Below are positions 25,554 through 38,945 of a stretch of 64,000 nt of DNA, one piece after another. The position numbers were made by a program, and so were the translations under genes. The stretch is from Vitrella brassicaformis CCMP3155 (taxonomy: Eukaryota; Protista; Chromerida): NCBI GenBank assembly GCA_001179505.1, contig CDMY01000396.1:1-64000 (forward strand). Direction: 5' to 3'. Position 1 is the first letter of the stretch; every line of letters starts with the position of its first letter. The notes under the pieces are model-generated. The model saw nothing but the letters and a program-made list of their open reading frames with translations. It was not told the origin of the DNA and did not search any database.

Positions 25554-26257
25554 ACAAATAGCACACACACCTGTCTGTCTGTCCGCCCCGTCCGTCCACA
25601 CGTGTGTGCTATGGCCGCACACAGCACAGTGGCCGATCGATTTTGACCGGTTATGCATTCTATGCAGCTGTAGCTGTAGCTGTCCCTGGACGTCTCCTTT
25701 CCTACACGCATGATTCAATTCTGTCCACACAACTTGTCACTTAATTGCCGCCCACCGGCCCTGACAAACACAACACATCAAACTCAGGCTGTTTGTCTGT
25801 TTGCTTCCCCGCCCATCTGATGGGCAGCGCCGCTCAGATGAGATGACGGTGATCAGCCCATCGCCCCGCACAATGATTCCATTCCACTGGCACCCTCCTT
25901 TTACGCCTTTTTACGCCGCGCTTGGGACATGAGGACACGTGTTGCGTACAACACGTCTCACACCTCTTCAGTGACGCACACAGAGTTGATGTCAGCGTCA
26001 CGTTGCAGACAACAGCTCGTGTCACGGACAGTTCAAGTGGCCAGATCTGGGAACAGCCACTGGCCCTGCGCATCAGAGACTCTTGTCGGAAGTGCTGTAC
26101 AGGCTCCCAACATGAGCTCACGGATGCGCCGAGATTGGCGGTCGTACACAGATTCCATCCACCTCTCGCGCTCTCTCTCCCCCCAGCCCGCCCATCACAA
26201 TGCTACCTCTACCCACAGCAGCCAACCAGGAACCCACGTATCTACACACCGCACCCC

Positions 26258-27380
26258 TCAGAGCCAGCCGAGCCCCAGGCCCTTGGTGGTCGGCTTGAAT
26301 TTGACTTTGGATCGCACACTTGGGCGGTAGGCCAGCTGCGGGCCGTGCAGAAAGTACTTGACGCCCATCACGACCACACTCAGCACCACCTGGCCCTTGA
26401 CCACCGTGCGAAGGCGGCTGTCCTGGCACATCAGCCGAATCGTCTGCTCGGTCTCCTGCACGATAATGCCGTCAAGACCGATGTAACTCGGCACCCTGGC
26501 CTTGTCCACCCTCACAAATGCGCCATGCAGGTCGGCCGCCGCCNNNNNNNNNNNNNNNNNNNNNNNNNNNNNNNNNNNNNNNNNNNNNNNNNNNNNNNNN
26601 NNNNNNNNNNNNNNNNNNNNNNNNNNNNNNNNNNNNNNNNNNNNNNNNNNNNNNNNNNNNNNNNNNNNNNNNNNNNNNNNNNNNNNNNNNNNNNNNNNNN
26701 NNNNNNNNNNNNNNNNNNNNNNNNNNNNNNNNNNNNNNNNNNNNNNNNNNNNNNNNNNNNNNNNNNNNNNNNNNNNNNNNNNNNNNNNNNNNNNNNNNNN
26801 NNNNNNNNNNNNNNNNNNNNNNNNNNNNNNNNNNNNNNNNNNNAGTCCACCCTCACAAATGCGCCATGCAGGTCGGCCGCCGCCAGCCGGCTGCCCCTCT
26901 CGGTGATGGGCAGCCGCTCGTGCATCAGCTGCTCGGCGTACTGGCTCCACAACTCATTCAGGGGGAGGCAGTCGGCATAACTCAGTGTGCCGTCTTGCAA
27001 GTCGTAGAGGCCCCGTCTCCTGGCCTCGTTGTTGCTCATCTTGGTGAGCCGCCGTGGTGGCTTCTGCTTGGCCTTGGGCTCTCCCTGCTGCTGCTTCTTG
27101 CTGGGCTGGTTGTCCAGCCGCATCACTCGCCCCTTGACCTTGCCCTCGTACACAGCGGCCGGGTCATCCCGCATCGACGGCACCGCGTCCGTCAGGAAGT
27201 CGAGAGCTTCCTGACAAGAGCAGCATCGTCCGCCGTGGACGAAGGGGGATGGGGATGCTCTGCCGAAGGCCCTGGCGCGTAGAGAGGGTGGCTTGGGCGT
27301 GACCCATCCACATTTTGCCGATCCAGATATCGCTCAGCGGCAGCCCGCGCATTCTTGCGGGACACGTTGTGACGACTCAT
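26258..27380 (-). pseudogene. POP4: RNase P/MRP subunit POP4/Rpp29 copy 1, frameshifted by a 14-nt insertion and spanning an assembly gap
   Basis: Same protein as 48091-48858, but an extra TTCCTGACAAGAGC near 27208-27221 ends the 5' ORF at AALVRKLSTS*. The downstream frame MRDDPAAV...GLGLGWL* is intact. Confidence 0.8.
26544..26843. other. Assembly gap (300 N)
   Basis: N run; the flanks share a 40-nt overlap (26504-26543 = 26845-26884). Confidence 0.99.
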
Positions 27381-27915
27381 TCCCTTTCTTTGCCCTTTTT
27401 GCCATGGCGAGCTCAGTCCCGGGCTCGCATAATTGCAAGCTCAGCCCTCAGCTCGCAAAATATTCCCTGCTTTTTCCTTCGTCAGACGTTGAGAGCTCAT
27501 CGAAGGGAAGCGACCTATGCGACAAAATCGCTAAACGAATGTGCCACTTTCGCGAGAAACGGGGTGATCGAGTGAGGATCGAATTCCTCTTTTTCTCGAA
27601 CCTGGCAAATTCGTTTGCGATTTTGTCGCGGGAGGCGCTGCTCTCTGTGGCTACCAGTATACTCAGTCAAAGAAAATTCGCAAAAATGGGGAAATGCCAA
27701 AAGGGGCACCGGGAAGCTGAGCTCGCACGCTGACTCGTGCTCTAAGAAGCTCAGCAGACGGCAGCTGATGTGCTCGTTGATGTGCTTGGATGGAAGATCT
27801 GCCAAAATCGACGCCAATGCTGCTCGTGGGATCTGTCAAGACGAATGCAGTTCTATCTCTGGGTGATCAACATGCTCGCCCACTCTGTCAGCACAGCCTT
27901 CGTCCCCCTCCTGCT
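27290..27915. repeat. Bidirectional promoter cassette copy A (between POP4 copy 1 and the RAP gene)
   Basis: Reverse-complement homologous to about 47565-48190 and, in part, to about 37990-38584 (shared blocks such as GCGACAAAATCGCTAAACGAATGTGCCACTTT and GGAATTCGATCCTCACTCGATCACCCCGTTTC). Confidence 0.9.
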
Positions 27916-30900
27916 GCCCCCCAAGGCTCCATCTATCGCTCATCATCCTTCCGTCAACCGGAGGGAGAGGTGGGCCGTCATCAAGGGTGCATCCACACCA
28001 GCAAGCGCCACGAAACAGCAGGGACCATCACGGCCAGCGGCTTCTCGCCGCCGCCCCAGCAGCAGCGAGCAGATACGACAAGCTGCGACGTCGGATGAGC
28101 TGTTAGGCGTCTGCCATCGCTACCGGGGCTCCCTTCGTCCCTTCACGTGCAGCGTGGCGCTGCTGCAGCTTTCCAAGGTTGCGCGAGGGGCTGAGCAGCT
28201 GCGGACCATGAGAGAGGACAGTCGGTTCCAGCAGCTGGTGGAGGAGACCCTGGCGGGCATCGACAAGATGGAGCCAAGGTCACTGGCTACTTGTCTTTGG
28301 GCTCTGACAAGGTCAACATGATAAGACAATAGGCAGGCGAGCCGGCCCACCCATCATGGCTGCAAGCCCCCATTCACGCGTTCGCTTGTATCGCAGACTG
28401 GGCGCCGATGTTCCTCGTGAATCCCTCGATCGCTTCAGTGCCGCCATCCTGGCGTACGCAGCGACGCCGGGTGCGTTTGAGGAGGCTGACATGGGATTCT
28501 TGTGGCATGCCGTGGCCGAGGGAGGGATCAGGCACGATGCGGCGGTGAGGGCGCTGATGCGGATGACGAAGGAGAGCTTCGTCCGCGTGACGCCCCGTAC
28601 TTTGGCTGCCATGATCAAGGCCATAAGCAGAGGCCAGTGGAGGGACGATGAAATGCTAGAGGTTAGCGCTGACTGGGCACGCGATGGACGTGTCTTCCAT
28701 ATCCTTTGTCTCTTCTGTCAGCTGTCCACCTCGCGGCTATTGCGTGACCTCGCGGGTCGCCCTGATACCGTCCCCAACAGTCTTGTGGCCACGGCTTTAC
28801 CTGCGTTAGGGGACCTTGGCCACCACCCGCCCTCTCTGCTGCCCCTCACTGCGCAATATCTGATGTCAGCATCACCTCACGCCGACCTCGCTACCAAGTG
28901 GAGAAGGGGAAGCATCGCGCCGTTCATGAGAGGACTGTGTCAGCATCTCGCCGCAGTGTATCCCGACGGAAGCAACCCACCTCAGACGCTGATCGACCTG
29001 GCAACGCATTGGTCTCGGAGTCTGTTGCCGCTTCTTGATGGCACCCCATCATCTCTTCTTGATGCGATCACCATGGTTATGGTGCGGCTGACCTATGGAG
29101 GGCCTTTCAGGTGCCATTATCTGGATGAAGAGACCCATTTTGGGCGTGCTGCCGTGGAGGGCTTCTTTGTTGCGCTCAAGAGCGCGTGGCTGGCTAGAAT
29201 CGAGACGGCCGAGGGACGAAAGGACATCGAAAGTGCAGAATGCTCCAACGCCATCGCCTTCCTCAAAGCTCGAGGCGAGCACGAGGCCGCAGACGAGCTG
29301 GCTATCATGCACTCTGGCGACAGGATGGGCCAGGCAGCTTTCAGCCGGACGCTCTCGCGAGATATCGAGACTCTCTCGTGGGACGACCTGCTCAGCCGAT
29401 GCTGTTCCTTTCGCCTCGACGATCACCGCGCGGGCATCCCCTTCCTCGATGCAACCAATCTCGCTCTCGCCATTGCAGGCATTTCCGTTACGGCCGTGGA
29501 CATGGAAAGGCGGAGAGACCTCTTTACCGACCATAGATTCCTGGCCCTCGTCGCACGTGCCGTCGACAAGATGCGCACGGCCGATTTGATGCTACAGGCC
29601 AACGCCGTGAGCAGCCTCGCGAAGCTTGGCTGGTGGGAAGGCGTGGCGGAGGGCGACCTGGGGCTAGAGTGGCGGTCATATGAGACGCTGGTTTGCAATG
29701 CACTGGCCGCAGCGGAGAGGGAAGCGGGTGAGGGAAGGGTGGACTGGCAGGCAGTGGCCACGTTGGTATGGGCGGTTGGTCACGTGGGGGTCGCCACTGA
29801 TGGCATCCGCCAGGTGAGCAGCGCCAGGCAAAAGGCAGGCAGAGACATCCAATCATCTCATTGATTTCCCTTTCCTTCCAGCGCCTGTCATCTCTCCTGT
29901 CTCGCTGCTCGCCCGACGGCGACGCGCTTCGCGAAATCGGGGCCATCGCAACCATGTTATTCGGATTGGGGTCACTCCAGTGGACGGCAGGGGATAATTT
30001 CACACGGCTCGTCCAGCACTATGTGGTCCGTGTTAACGGCAGGCGGCCTGAGAAGACGTCACAGGGCCTCGCGAACGTAGTCTGGGCAATGGGGAAGCTG
30101 AAATGGAGGGATGACAAGACGCTCAAGGTCAGCAACGCTGGGGGTCTCCTCACTTGCTTACCCCTACACTATGGCGTTTTCGCAGGCTCTCGAGCCCATA
30201 GTGATCCACCACCTGAACCATACCCAGCCCGAAGGCATGTCGCAGATTCTGTGGGCCATGGGTCGACTGAAATGGTCGTCGTCTCGTCTGCTCGACGCCG
30301 TGGCCACAGCCATCTGCAGCCGCGAGGATAGTCTTGCAGCCGCGAGCATAAGAGATGCTGACTTGATGCTGCTGACGATGGCCAGCTTGGGATGGCGAGA
30401 CGAAAGGCTGCTGTCAAGGGTGGAGAGGTGCGTGCGGGAGGAAGCGTCGGAGGCAACACCTGAGGTCAGGGGATGGATGGATGAATGGATGTGTGGACAG
30501 ACACACGTCTGCCTCCCTGTGTTGTGTGTGTGTCAGGAGTGTGGGTCGCTGATATGGGCTGCGGGTGAGCTGCAGTGGGACTCCCCTCCCCTACTGACCA
30601 AACTCACCGACACCCTGCAACGGCACATCAGGTACCACTCACTACCCACACACATGCATTGCATTGCATTGCATTCACGCACACATGAATGAATACACTC
30701 GCGTGTGTATTGCATTGCTGTCCTCCAAAGTGTATGTGGCGGTGGTGCGACCTCCCTCTCGCCCAAGACAATTTACCTCACCCTGCACGGCCTTCGCATG
30801 CTACAGCACAGCGACCATCTGCTCGTGGGGCAGATGGTGGCCCTGGTCCCCTCTCTGCTGCAGAGCATGACGGCAGAGAGTGAGATGGACCCGGCCATCG

Positions 30901-33900
30901 AGCGGCTGCTGAATGAGTTGAGCCAGCTTCCACCGATTGATGCCTCACTCGACAGTCTCATGCTCGACAGCGTTGCTGCGGTGAGTGGGGCGAGAGGGTG
31001 AGTGCACAGAGGGCGGCGGCGGTAGTGATCCTTCCCTGTACTTTTCTGTCAGTACGTGTCCGGCCACATATCGCATGCTGACGAGGGCACACTCCGTGCG
31101 GCTGTGAGGTTGTTCGCAGCGCGTGGCGACGTCATGGAGCTGATCAGGTCTATCACCGAAGCCGCAACAACAGCTCAATACGACGATGCAGCCAAGAGAA
31201 AGGTATTTATTACACAGGTCTCCCCTCAACCCTCACACAACACAACCGTGTCTGTGTCCTCGTTCCTGTCTGTCATCAGGCAGCCCGGCGGGCTCTTCTC
31301 GTGTACCATCGCACCGGCATGGCCCCTGACGACCCCCGCACGCTGTCATGGCTGCTCGACGCATCCCTCCAGGAATTGCATGAAGAGGACACGTCTTCTC
31401 TGGTCAGCCTCCTCTCAACTCACAGAAGCATCGGGGGGCTTGGCAACAGGCGGATGGAGCCGTTGCTGACGGAGCTGGGGGGTAGACTGAATGAGGGTAA
31501 CATGACCCTACATGAGGTGACGGGACTCCTGGATGGCCTGGTGGACCGCTATCCGTCGTTCGTGGAGGACCACCGTGACGCCATCGCCAAACAGGTGCGT
31601 CTTCATGTGCAGCACACACGTCCATGCGATATGGAATGTCTGTTGCCTGCCGGATCAGGTGACGGCCGCAGTGGAGCGATCGCGACCTTCTCACAGTGTT
31701 CCCGACCCACGAGAGCCATCCAAGCGACTCGCCGACCTGTGGAGGCTTGCCCGGATCACCCCACGGGTGTTCGACGGTGTCCCTGAGGCCGTCGTGGTGG
31801 CCCTTGCATCGGCAAACGTGGAGGGCGTGCAATGGGAGCGGAAACGACGCGTGCACTTGCTGCTGACGCTGTGCAAGCTCTTGCGTGACCAGCAAATGAA
31901 GAAGAAAACGGAGAGGCTGCTCGTTAAGGCGATTGAGGAACGGATCGCGGATGTCGTACTCCCTGCCAAGGACACATCCTCTCTCGAGGCCGACGAGACG
32001 GCGGCACTCGGGCTGGCCTTGGCCTACATGCACCAGCATCAGCACGGCAAACGGCTGGCTGACGCGTATCCGGCCTTCTACACATCGCTGATGGACACCA
32101 TCCTCACAGTTCTATTGTACCACCGCACAGCCCTCGACCCTTCATCCATCGCCAGCCTCATTTTCGCCGTCGTACATCTCCCGGGTGTGTTGCCACAGTC
32201 GGCGGTCGACATGGTCATCTCTCGCGCGCTGAGGGAGGAACCATCTGCGCGCGTGGCGGCCATCTTGTGTCGTTATGTGGCGATCGGAGGCGCGGCTGCC
32301 AGCTGGCGACCTGTGAATATGATGGTTGACCGGTTGGCGGCGGATCATGACGCGGGAGAGGTCCGACGAGCCTTGAGGGTGTTCGAACGCGCTGAGCTGG
32401 GGCGGGCTGATGCACAAGTGGGCTGGGCTAAATGGGGGGAGAGAGTGAAGAGGGACGTGGTCAGGTCACTTCACTCACGTGTCTGTGCTGTGTGTGTGTG
32501 TATGGTATGGGTGGGGTGGATGCAGCGCCTGGTCGACGTCATTCTTGAGCGCGGTCTGTCACGTCATTATGGGCCCCCTGACGTCGTCATGGCTGTGCTG
32601 GATATTGCCGTGGAAGTTGCGAGGAGGGCTGACGTGGCCGAAGGGGTGAGGGAGCGGGTGGAGCAGTACCTGGCGGGCCCTCTCACAGACACGAAATCGC
32701 TCAGCAGGTGAATGGAATTTGAAAGGCATTCATTCATTCATGTTCGAGCTGCTTCCATCGACTGGGCGGTCCATTCCATGTGTGTGCTGTGCTGTGCTGT
32801 TGTGTCAGGATGGACATGAGGGCTCTGCGTCGATTGATTGGGCTAATGGCGTTCGCAGAGGACGGCAAAAGGATGACCGCCGAGGCAGACCTCACCACAT
32901 GGAGGGTAACTAACACAACCCAAGAAGCACGCAACCTTCTTTGCTGTACTCCCCTGGTGCCTGGTTGTGGCTGTCTCTCATTTTAGGCCATTTGCGAGCG
33001 ATACATAAGCCTCTTGGCGTCAGCCGACCTCCCGGCCACCCTGCTCACGTTCGAGCATCTCGCCAATGCCCGAGTGCATCACCCCGCCCTCATGGAGGCA
33101 CTCGCCACTGCCATCGAGTATCGTGGTTCCCTGGACACGATAAGTCCAGCTCTGGTGTGTCGATGCGCATCGGCTCTGACGCTCTGTGCTCCGACGGATG
33201 GGTTGAGGAGATGTGCTGCTCTCATCGCAGATACCGCTGGTGTGTGAGCTGCGCACACAACACTTGCCATGCCATGGGTCAGCCATTTGGTGTAGGGTAG
33301 GCATGACTAACTGGTGTGCAAATGTCTGTCAGATCGGCGGCAGCTGGACCTTGACTTGGTCGTCGCGTCGATTATTGGCCGTGCGCTCGCCGTATGTGGG
33401 GTGTTTGAGCCGGCTGGGCTGTTCAAGCGCATCTTCTCACACGCTGCGGTGCTCACGGCCGACAAGGCAATGGACGAGGCGACACAGATTGTGGCATCCC
33501 GGCTGCAGCAGGCTCGCCTTGCGTGGGAGGTTGAGTGCGGTTCCCTTCCAACATCACCGACAGAGCCACAGCCGCCGCCGGCCACTCGTCCACAAGCGTC
33601 ATCCTGGGTCGACCAATGCGCCGACGATCTGCAAGACACCGACGCGGCCATCGATGAGCAGGGGTCTGAATGGAGCAGCGATGGGGGAGAGGACAACAAG
33701 TGGGTCGTTCCGGGGGCTGTGGGTGGGGGAGGGGTGCGGGCACTGGCAAGGTGGCAGAGGGCGCTCACGGTGGTCGGGGAGGAGGTGGCCACCAAGTCAT
33801 CTCGCCTGCACACACTCGTGTCGGACCAGCTCGATGCTCTCGGCGTCCTACATGAGAACGAGGCCGTCACAAAGGAGGGCGTCTCGATCGATGTCCGAAT

Positions 33901-34597
33901 CACACTGGTAAGGTGAACCGACCCACGCACATATCCATGGCCGGCCACCTGTGCTGTCGTTGTGTGGTGGCTTGGCTGTGCTGTGCTGTGCAGCGGGGTC
34001 ATGAGAAAGTTGCCATCGAGGTTGACGGCCCGAAGCACTTTGTCCGAGACGTCACTACGGTCAGTCAGTCAGCCAACCAGACAGTCGGTCGGCACGTAGC
34101 CACCCACTCCATGTATGTGTGAATATGTCGACCGCTCTGTTGTCTGTGTGTCAATGACTCCTCCGGTCACTCATGTATGTCAGGGTGCCTTCATCGCCCA
34201 CGCCACCGCCGTCCACAAGCGACGAACGCTGGCCAGCAGAGGCTGGAAAGTCATCTCGCTCGACTTCCTCTCCATCGACCAGCGAGGCATTTCCTATGTG
34301 CAAGATGAGCTCACACGTGCGGGAGTCCTGGCAAGTGCCGCTGGGTGTGATGATGACGACCCCATTGACCTGCTCAAGAAGCTGCGGGTTAGAAACAACA
34401 AAGGTCGGGGGCTGGGCATCGCGTGGAGCGAGAAGGATCGGTGTTTTCGCGTCCGTCTGCAGCACGGAGGAAGGAGGCATGACCTGGGCAAGTTCGCGGC
34501 CAGGCGGGGAGGGGTGGGGGTGGCTCTCGACAAGGCCCTGGCAGCGAGGAATGGATTGGCTGCGCAGCTGGGGCTGCCACTAGTGGAGGGCGTGTGA
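27845..34597 (+). CDS. Plastid-targeted helical-repeat (HPR/OPR-like) RAP-domain protein with C-terminal AP2-like domain
   Basis: N-terminus MQFYLWVINMLAHSVSTA-FVP (signal + Phe). Repeats include MEPRSLATCLWAL, TSQGLANVVWAMGKLKWRD, QPEGMSQILWAMGRLKW and ECGSLIWAAGELQW. RAP domain: KVAIEVDGPKHF...HKRRTLASRGWKVISL. Tail: GIAWSEKDRCFRVRLQHGGRRHDLGKF...ALAARN. Confidence 0.85.
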
Positions 34598-34722
34598 CGG
34601 GATGAGTGTGGGCTTATGCATGCGAGCGCTTTTTCTGTTGATACGACCGTCTTGTAGCGCAGAACTCCTCTGTGGCCCCGAGATTTACACATGTAAACAA
34701 CAGAGCTTTTTGCGGAAAGAGA

Positions 34723-35673
34723 ATGGCTTCTCTGAAGCGAAGTAGCGACACCGTGCCCACCAGCCTGTCGGCACCGGACCTGCCGGAGCGTTTCACCCTC
34801 AACGTCGGCGGCAAGCACGTGCAGATCCAGACGAAAACGCTTCTCTCGCGACCCGACGATGGCAGATCTCTCATCGGCCACATCACGGCGGAGATGCGCA
34901 AGCAGGAAGTGACCATGGGCGACAGCACGGTGATTTCCAACCGCAACGTGTTTCTCGACCGCAACTCGGAGCTCATGGACCTCTTGCTGATGTGGTTCCG
35001 CCAGGGTGAGGCCTGCCAGGTCCGCCGCTGGCCGACGGAGGTCCTCCACTACCTCATCCCCGAAGCCGACCACTTCGGTGAGAAATCAGACAGAGCGGTG
35101 GGATCGGATGGCCGCAGGGTGCGGTGCGCAGATCAGATCTCTCCATCACATGCTCTCTCTTCCCTGGTTGCGTATGTATTGTGTGTGTGGCAGGTTTGTT
35201 GTCGTTGCGTCAGGAGATAGAGGAGGCGCTGCAGGGCCGGGGCGGCATGGCCATGGCCGCATCGGCTGGCGAGGAGGTGGACGTAGAGGGCGAGGGTGAG
35301 GGAGAGGGCATGGACGGCGGCGAGTGCGAGGGCACGGAGGATGACACGGACGAGGAGGGCACAGAGACCCCTCCGATGCCCAATGACGAACAAGTCGGCG
35401 ACCCCATCTTCTACAAGGAGGATGGCAAACCGGTAAGTGAGCATACCTAGATGGATGGATGGATGGATGGATGGGTGTGTGTGTCAGGCCGACGGTGTGG
35501 TTCGTCGCAACATGGAGTTGGGTGTGTTGGCGAGTGTGGCGTCTGCCGGCCCCAACGTGCTGCGGCGCCACGCCACTGTGTCGGCGGCGCAGACGGCGGC
35601 CCGCGAGAAGCAGCACCTCAACCTCAAGCCAGAGATAGACTTCAAGGTGTTCACACCAGACTGGGACAAGTAG
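34723..35673 (+). CDS. BTB/POZ (KCTD/T1-type) domain protein with acidic tail
   Basis: FTLNVGGKHVQIQTKTLLSRPD...VFLDRNSELMDLLLMWFRQG...EADHFG|LLSL matches the KCTD BTB pattern; three exons. Confidence 0.8.
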
Positions 35674-36172
35674 GGAGGATGGAGGGTGAGGGGTTCGCTG
35701 ATAGATGCAGCACAGGTAGATGGGCGCCACGTAGAGGGAGGGGGAGCGGGGATGTGTGTGTGAGGATGGAAACGGTCCGTGTGTGGCTGCCGGGTTACCT
35801 TAGCGAACGCCTGTCTGCCTGTCTGTCTGACTGCCTTCCAACCGGCGGCGGACGGCTCGGCTCAATGTAGATGTCGCTACTGCGTGCGGGGCTCGTATGT
35901 ATGTGTTGGTGGATGGATGGATGGATGGAATGGCGGGTGGTGCTAGCAGTGCTGCTTAGAGAGATAGATAGAACGATAGACGCACAATGGACGGACGGAC
36001 GGACGGATGGATGGATGGACAAGAAAGACCAACACATTCTCAAATGAACCGCGGTTACTTAAACGGCGCACGCAAGCAAACAATATACACGCTGTAAAAT
36101 CTGGTCCGCCATCGATATCGGCCGACGTCAACGAAAGACGGAACACGAAACACGCCAAAGGGTCATCGCCAT

Positions 36173-37980
36173 CTATCCGATGAGCGATGCCCGCTCCTCA
36201 GGCCGCTCGACAGCGTCTTGTGTCACACCACCGGCAGCTGCCTTCCTCCTCTTTCTCATGAACCTCTGATGCTGTGGGAGGTCACTGATGGCCGCCACGT
36301 GGTACTCGTGCGGCCAGTGCGTGAGCGTCGTCCCCTCAGCCACAGCGCGGCGACGCTGCGCAAGCACCTGCAGCCACCATGTCATCAGACACAGACACTG
36401 CAAAGGTGCCGTGATGGCGGCGTCAGCCAGCCACGGACCTGCGGCGTCGCCCTGCTCTTGGCCGTCATGCATACGTATGCCACCGCACGCAGCAGCCGAT
36501 CTGTCGGGGAGGTCGGCTCCTTCAATGCGGGCGTATTGCAGTGAACCGTCCTGACACACACACCGCCCCCATTCCCCACCCCGTATTAACATGTGTGTGT
36601 GTGCGCCTCTATCCTCGCGGACTTGTGTGTGTGTTTACTTACCGAGAGTCCCACAAGACCAGGTCGCCAGCCTGACAGCTGACGAGACGCGGCGGGAGGG
36701 GGCGGGGGAGTGAGTCGTCCAACAGAGAGGAGGACGACGGATTGCCATTCGCCACAGAACGGATGAGCGGATCAGATGGAGGGATAGGAAGAAAATCGCC
36801 CGTAAGCAGACTGACACAGACAGAACAAAAGGAAGGGCAACAAATCAATCACCGACACTCCTGGTGCGCAGCGCACAATGTGTGTGGTATTTTCTCATAT
36901 ATGTGGGTATGTCCTGACTGACCCGATGGCGCCGGCCCGTTGGCTGAGGTGGCGATGGTGATTGTGGGAGCGGGGGATGACACACAAACCTCCCGTTGTC
37001 GCATCGCTCGCGTACAGTGACACGAAACCCTGAAAGACACAAACAAAAGGCAGGCCACACACAACACAACACAAGACACATGTCTGTCTGCCCTGATCCC
37101 TGATGCATTCATTGACCGGTGTGTATGTGTGTGTGGATATCCTATCCCCCAGCTGATCTGACCTGCACACACTCGAAGCCCGGCTTCTTCCGGGCGTCCT
37201 GGTCGATGTGCCACCAGCCCCCTTTGGTCTTCCAGTGCCCTGCACCCTCCCTGTGCCACGGCCGATACAGACCCAGCCCATCAAATGACGTCAGCAACTC
37301 GCCGCCTTCGACGCCCCAAACGCTCTGGAAGGCCTTTTGCGTGAGGTGGTGTGTGCGGACGGCCCACATGACCTCCGAGTGGCCCACAGCCATCGAGTGG
37401 ATAGCACCGGTGGCGAGGTCGCCAAGCCAACCGATGTCGTCCCATGTGGATGGATCATGCCTGCAAGAAAAGGATGGATGGCAGACACGGCACATGAATG
37501 GGATGCATTTTTCCATCTATCTATCTCAATGCACGTGACCTGCTGTTAGCTGACTGACCTGGTCAGGTTTTGGTTGGTGCTCTCGAGCCAATCCCAAACG
37601 CCCTCACGGCACCTCTCCAGCATCGCTGCATCCATCACGTCCCCGATGACGCAGTAGCCCTCCTGCCTCAAGTAACCCATTGCCTCACCCATCTGCCGCT
37701 CGTCCAGCACAGAAAACCGCTTGATTGCCGGACACTCCAGCTGCAATGGACCATTGCCGCCCTCTCCCTCCCCCTCTCCCCAGAAGACCCGCCGCACACA
37801 GCGCGAGATGTCGGTCTCGCATTGCTTCTTCGTGGCCTCGTCGAAGGTGAGGCACTGCCGCATGAACAGGGGGCCCGCGTGAAGCGCCAGACCGGCCAGA
37901 TCCCACAGGGACACGTTGGGACGCGAGAGAGGACGACGATGGGCAGCGGTGGGCTGATGCTGTGCGACGCTCACTTTCAT
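36173..37980 (-). CDS. Phytanoyl-CoA dioxygenase-like (PhyH) Fe(II)/2-oxoglutarate dioxygenase
   Basis: GYLRQEGYCVIGDV, WWHIDQ (HxD), CVQ|GFVSLY...TGGLCVIPRSH, AGDLVLWDSR|TVHCN (distal His), RAVAYVCM. Confidence 0.85.
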
Positions 37981-38584
37981 TGCCTTCACAGCAGGAGGGG
38001 GACGAAGGCGGCGCTGACAGAGTGGCCGAGCATGTTGATCACCAGAGATAGAACTGCTTCTTCTTTACAGATCCCACGAGCAGCATTGGCTTCGGTTTGG
38101 CAGATCTTCCATCCAAGCACATCAACGAGTGTCAGCTGCCGTCTGCTGAGCTTTTTAGAGCCTGTAAGGCACCAATTGCGCAGTCGGTGTGCGATCAGCT
38201 TCCCGGTGCCCCTTTTTGCATTTCGCAATTTTGGCGATGTTTCTTAAACAGAGTATGCTGGTAGCCACAGAGAGCAGCGCCTCCCGCGACAAAATCGCAA
38301 ACGAATTTGCCAGGTTCGAGAAAAAGAGGAATTCGATCCTCACTCGATCACCCCGTTTCTCGCAAAAGTGGCACATTCGTTTAGCGATTTTGTCACATAG
38401 GTCGCTTCCCTTTGATGGTCTGACGAAGGAATGAGGTGAACATTCTGCGAGCTCGGGATTGAGCTCGCTTTTGCGTGCTCGGGACTGAGCTCGCCATGCC
38501 AAAAAGGACAAAGACAGGGAACGAGTCGTCGCAACGTCTCCCGCAAGAATGCGCGGGCTGCCGCTGAGCGATATCTGGATCGGC
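37520..38584. repeat. Segmental duplication (PhyH exon 1 + promoter cassette B + first ~60 nt of POP4), near-identical to 47100-48144
   Basis: Long colinear similarity with 47100-48144. The POP4 start is ACG here (38521) and similarity stops after ...GATATCTGGATCGGC. Confidence 0.9.
38447..38494. promoter_or_regulatory. Tandem pair of GCGAGCTC-N6-GAGCTCGC inverted repeats in the promoter cassette
   Basis: GCGAGCTC GGGATT GAGCTCGC at 38447-38468 and GCGTGCTC GGGACT GAGCTCGC at 38473-38494; degenerate equivalents at about 27407-27457 and 48014-48064. Confidence 0.4.
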
Positions 38585-38945
38585 GGGACGTTGATGCGTT
38601 ACGCCCGCTCAAAGGAGCGGAGCCGCAGTTTTTTCTTGTCCACTTCAGGCAGACGATGCCATCGCTCAGAGGACTCTCGCTCTGTCCGGCAGGACAGCGA
38701 TCCTGTGATCATCTCTCAAAATTGCATCTCTGCTTGCGCGTCGTGCCTTCCCTTCTAGTGGCGTCATTGTTTGGCTTATCGACTCATCGGTGGAGTGATT
38801 TGCTTGTCGACAGTCGCTGCCTTTCCACCGGTAAGCACATGCACGAGAGATGACACGTGCGAACGACACACTCACTCAGTGCGCATTGTGTGTGTGGTGG
38901 TTTTGAGGCGCTGTGTGGGCTGCCGTGAGGACAGCGGGTGGCACT

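Noticed and set aside
26504-26884. Apparent internal duplication or insertion inside POP4 copy 1 around the N run
   Set aside because: The same 40 nt flank both sides of the gap, typical of unmerged contig ends; treated as an assembly artefact.
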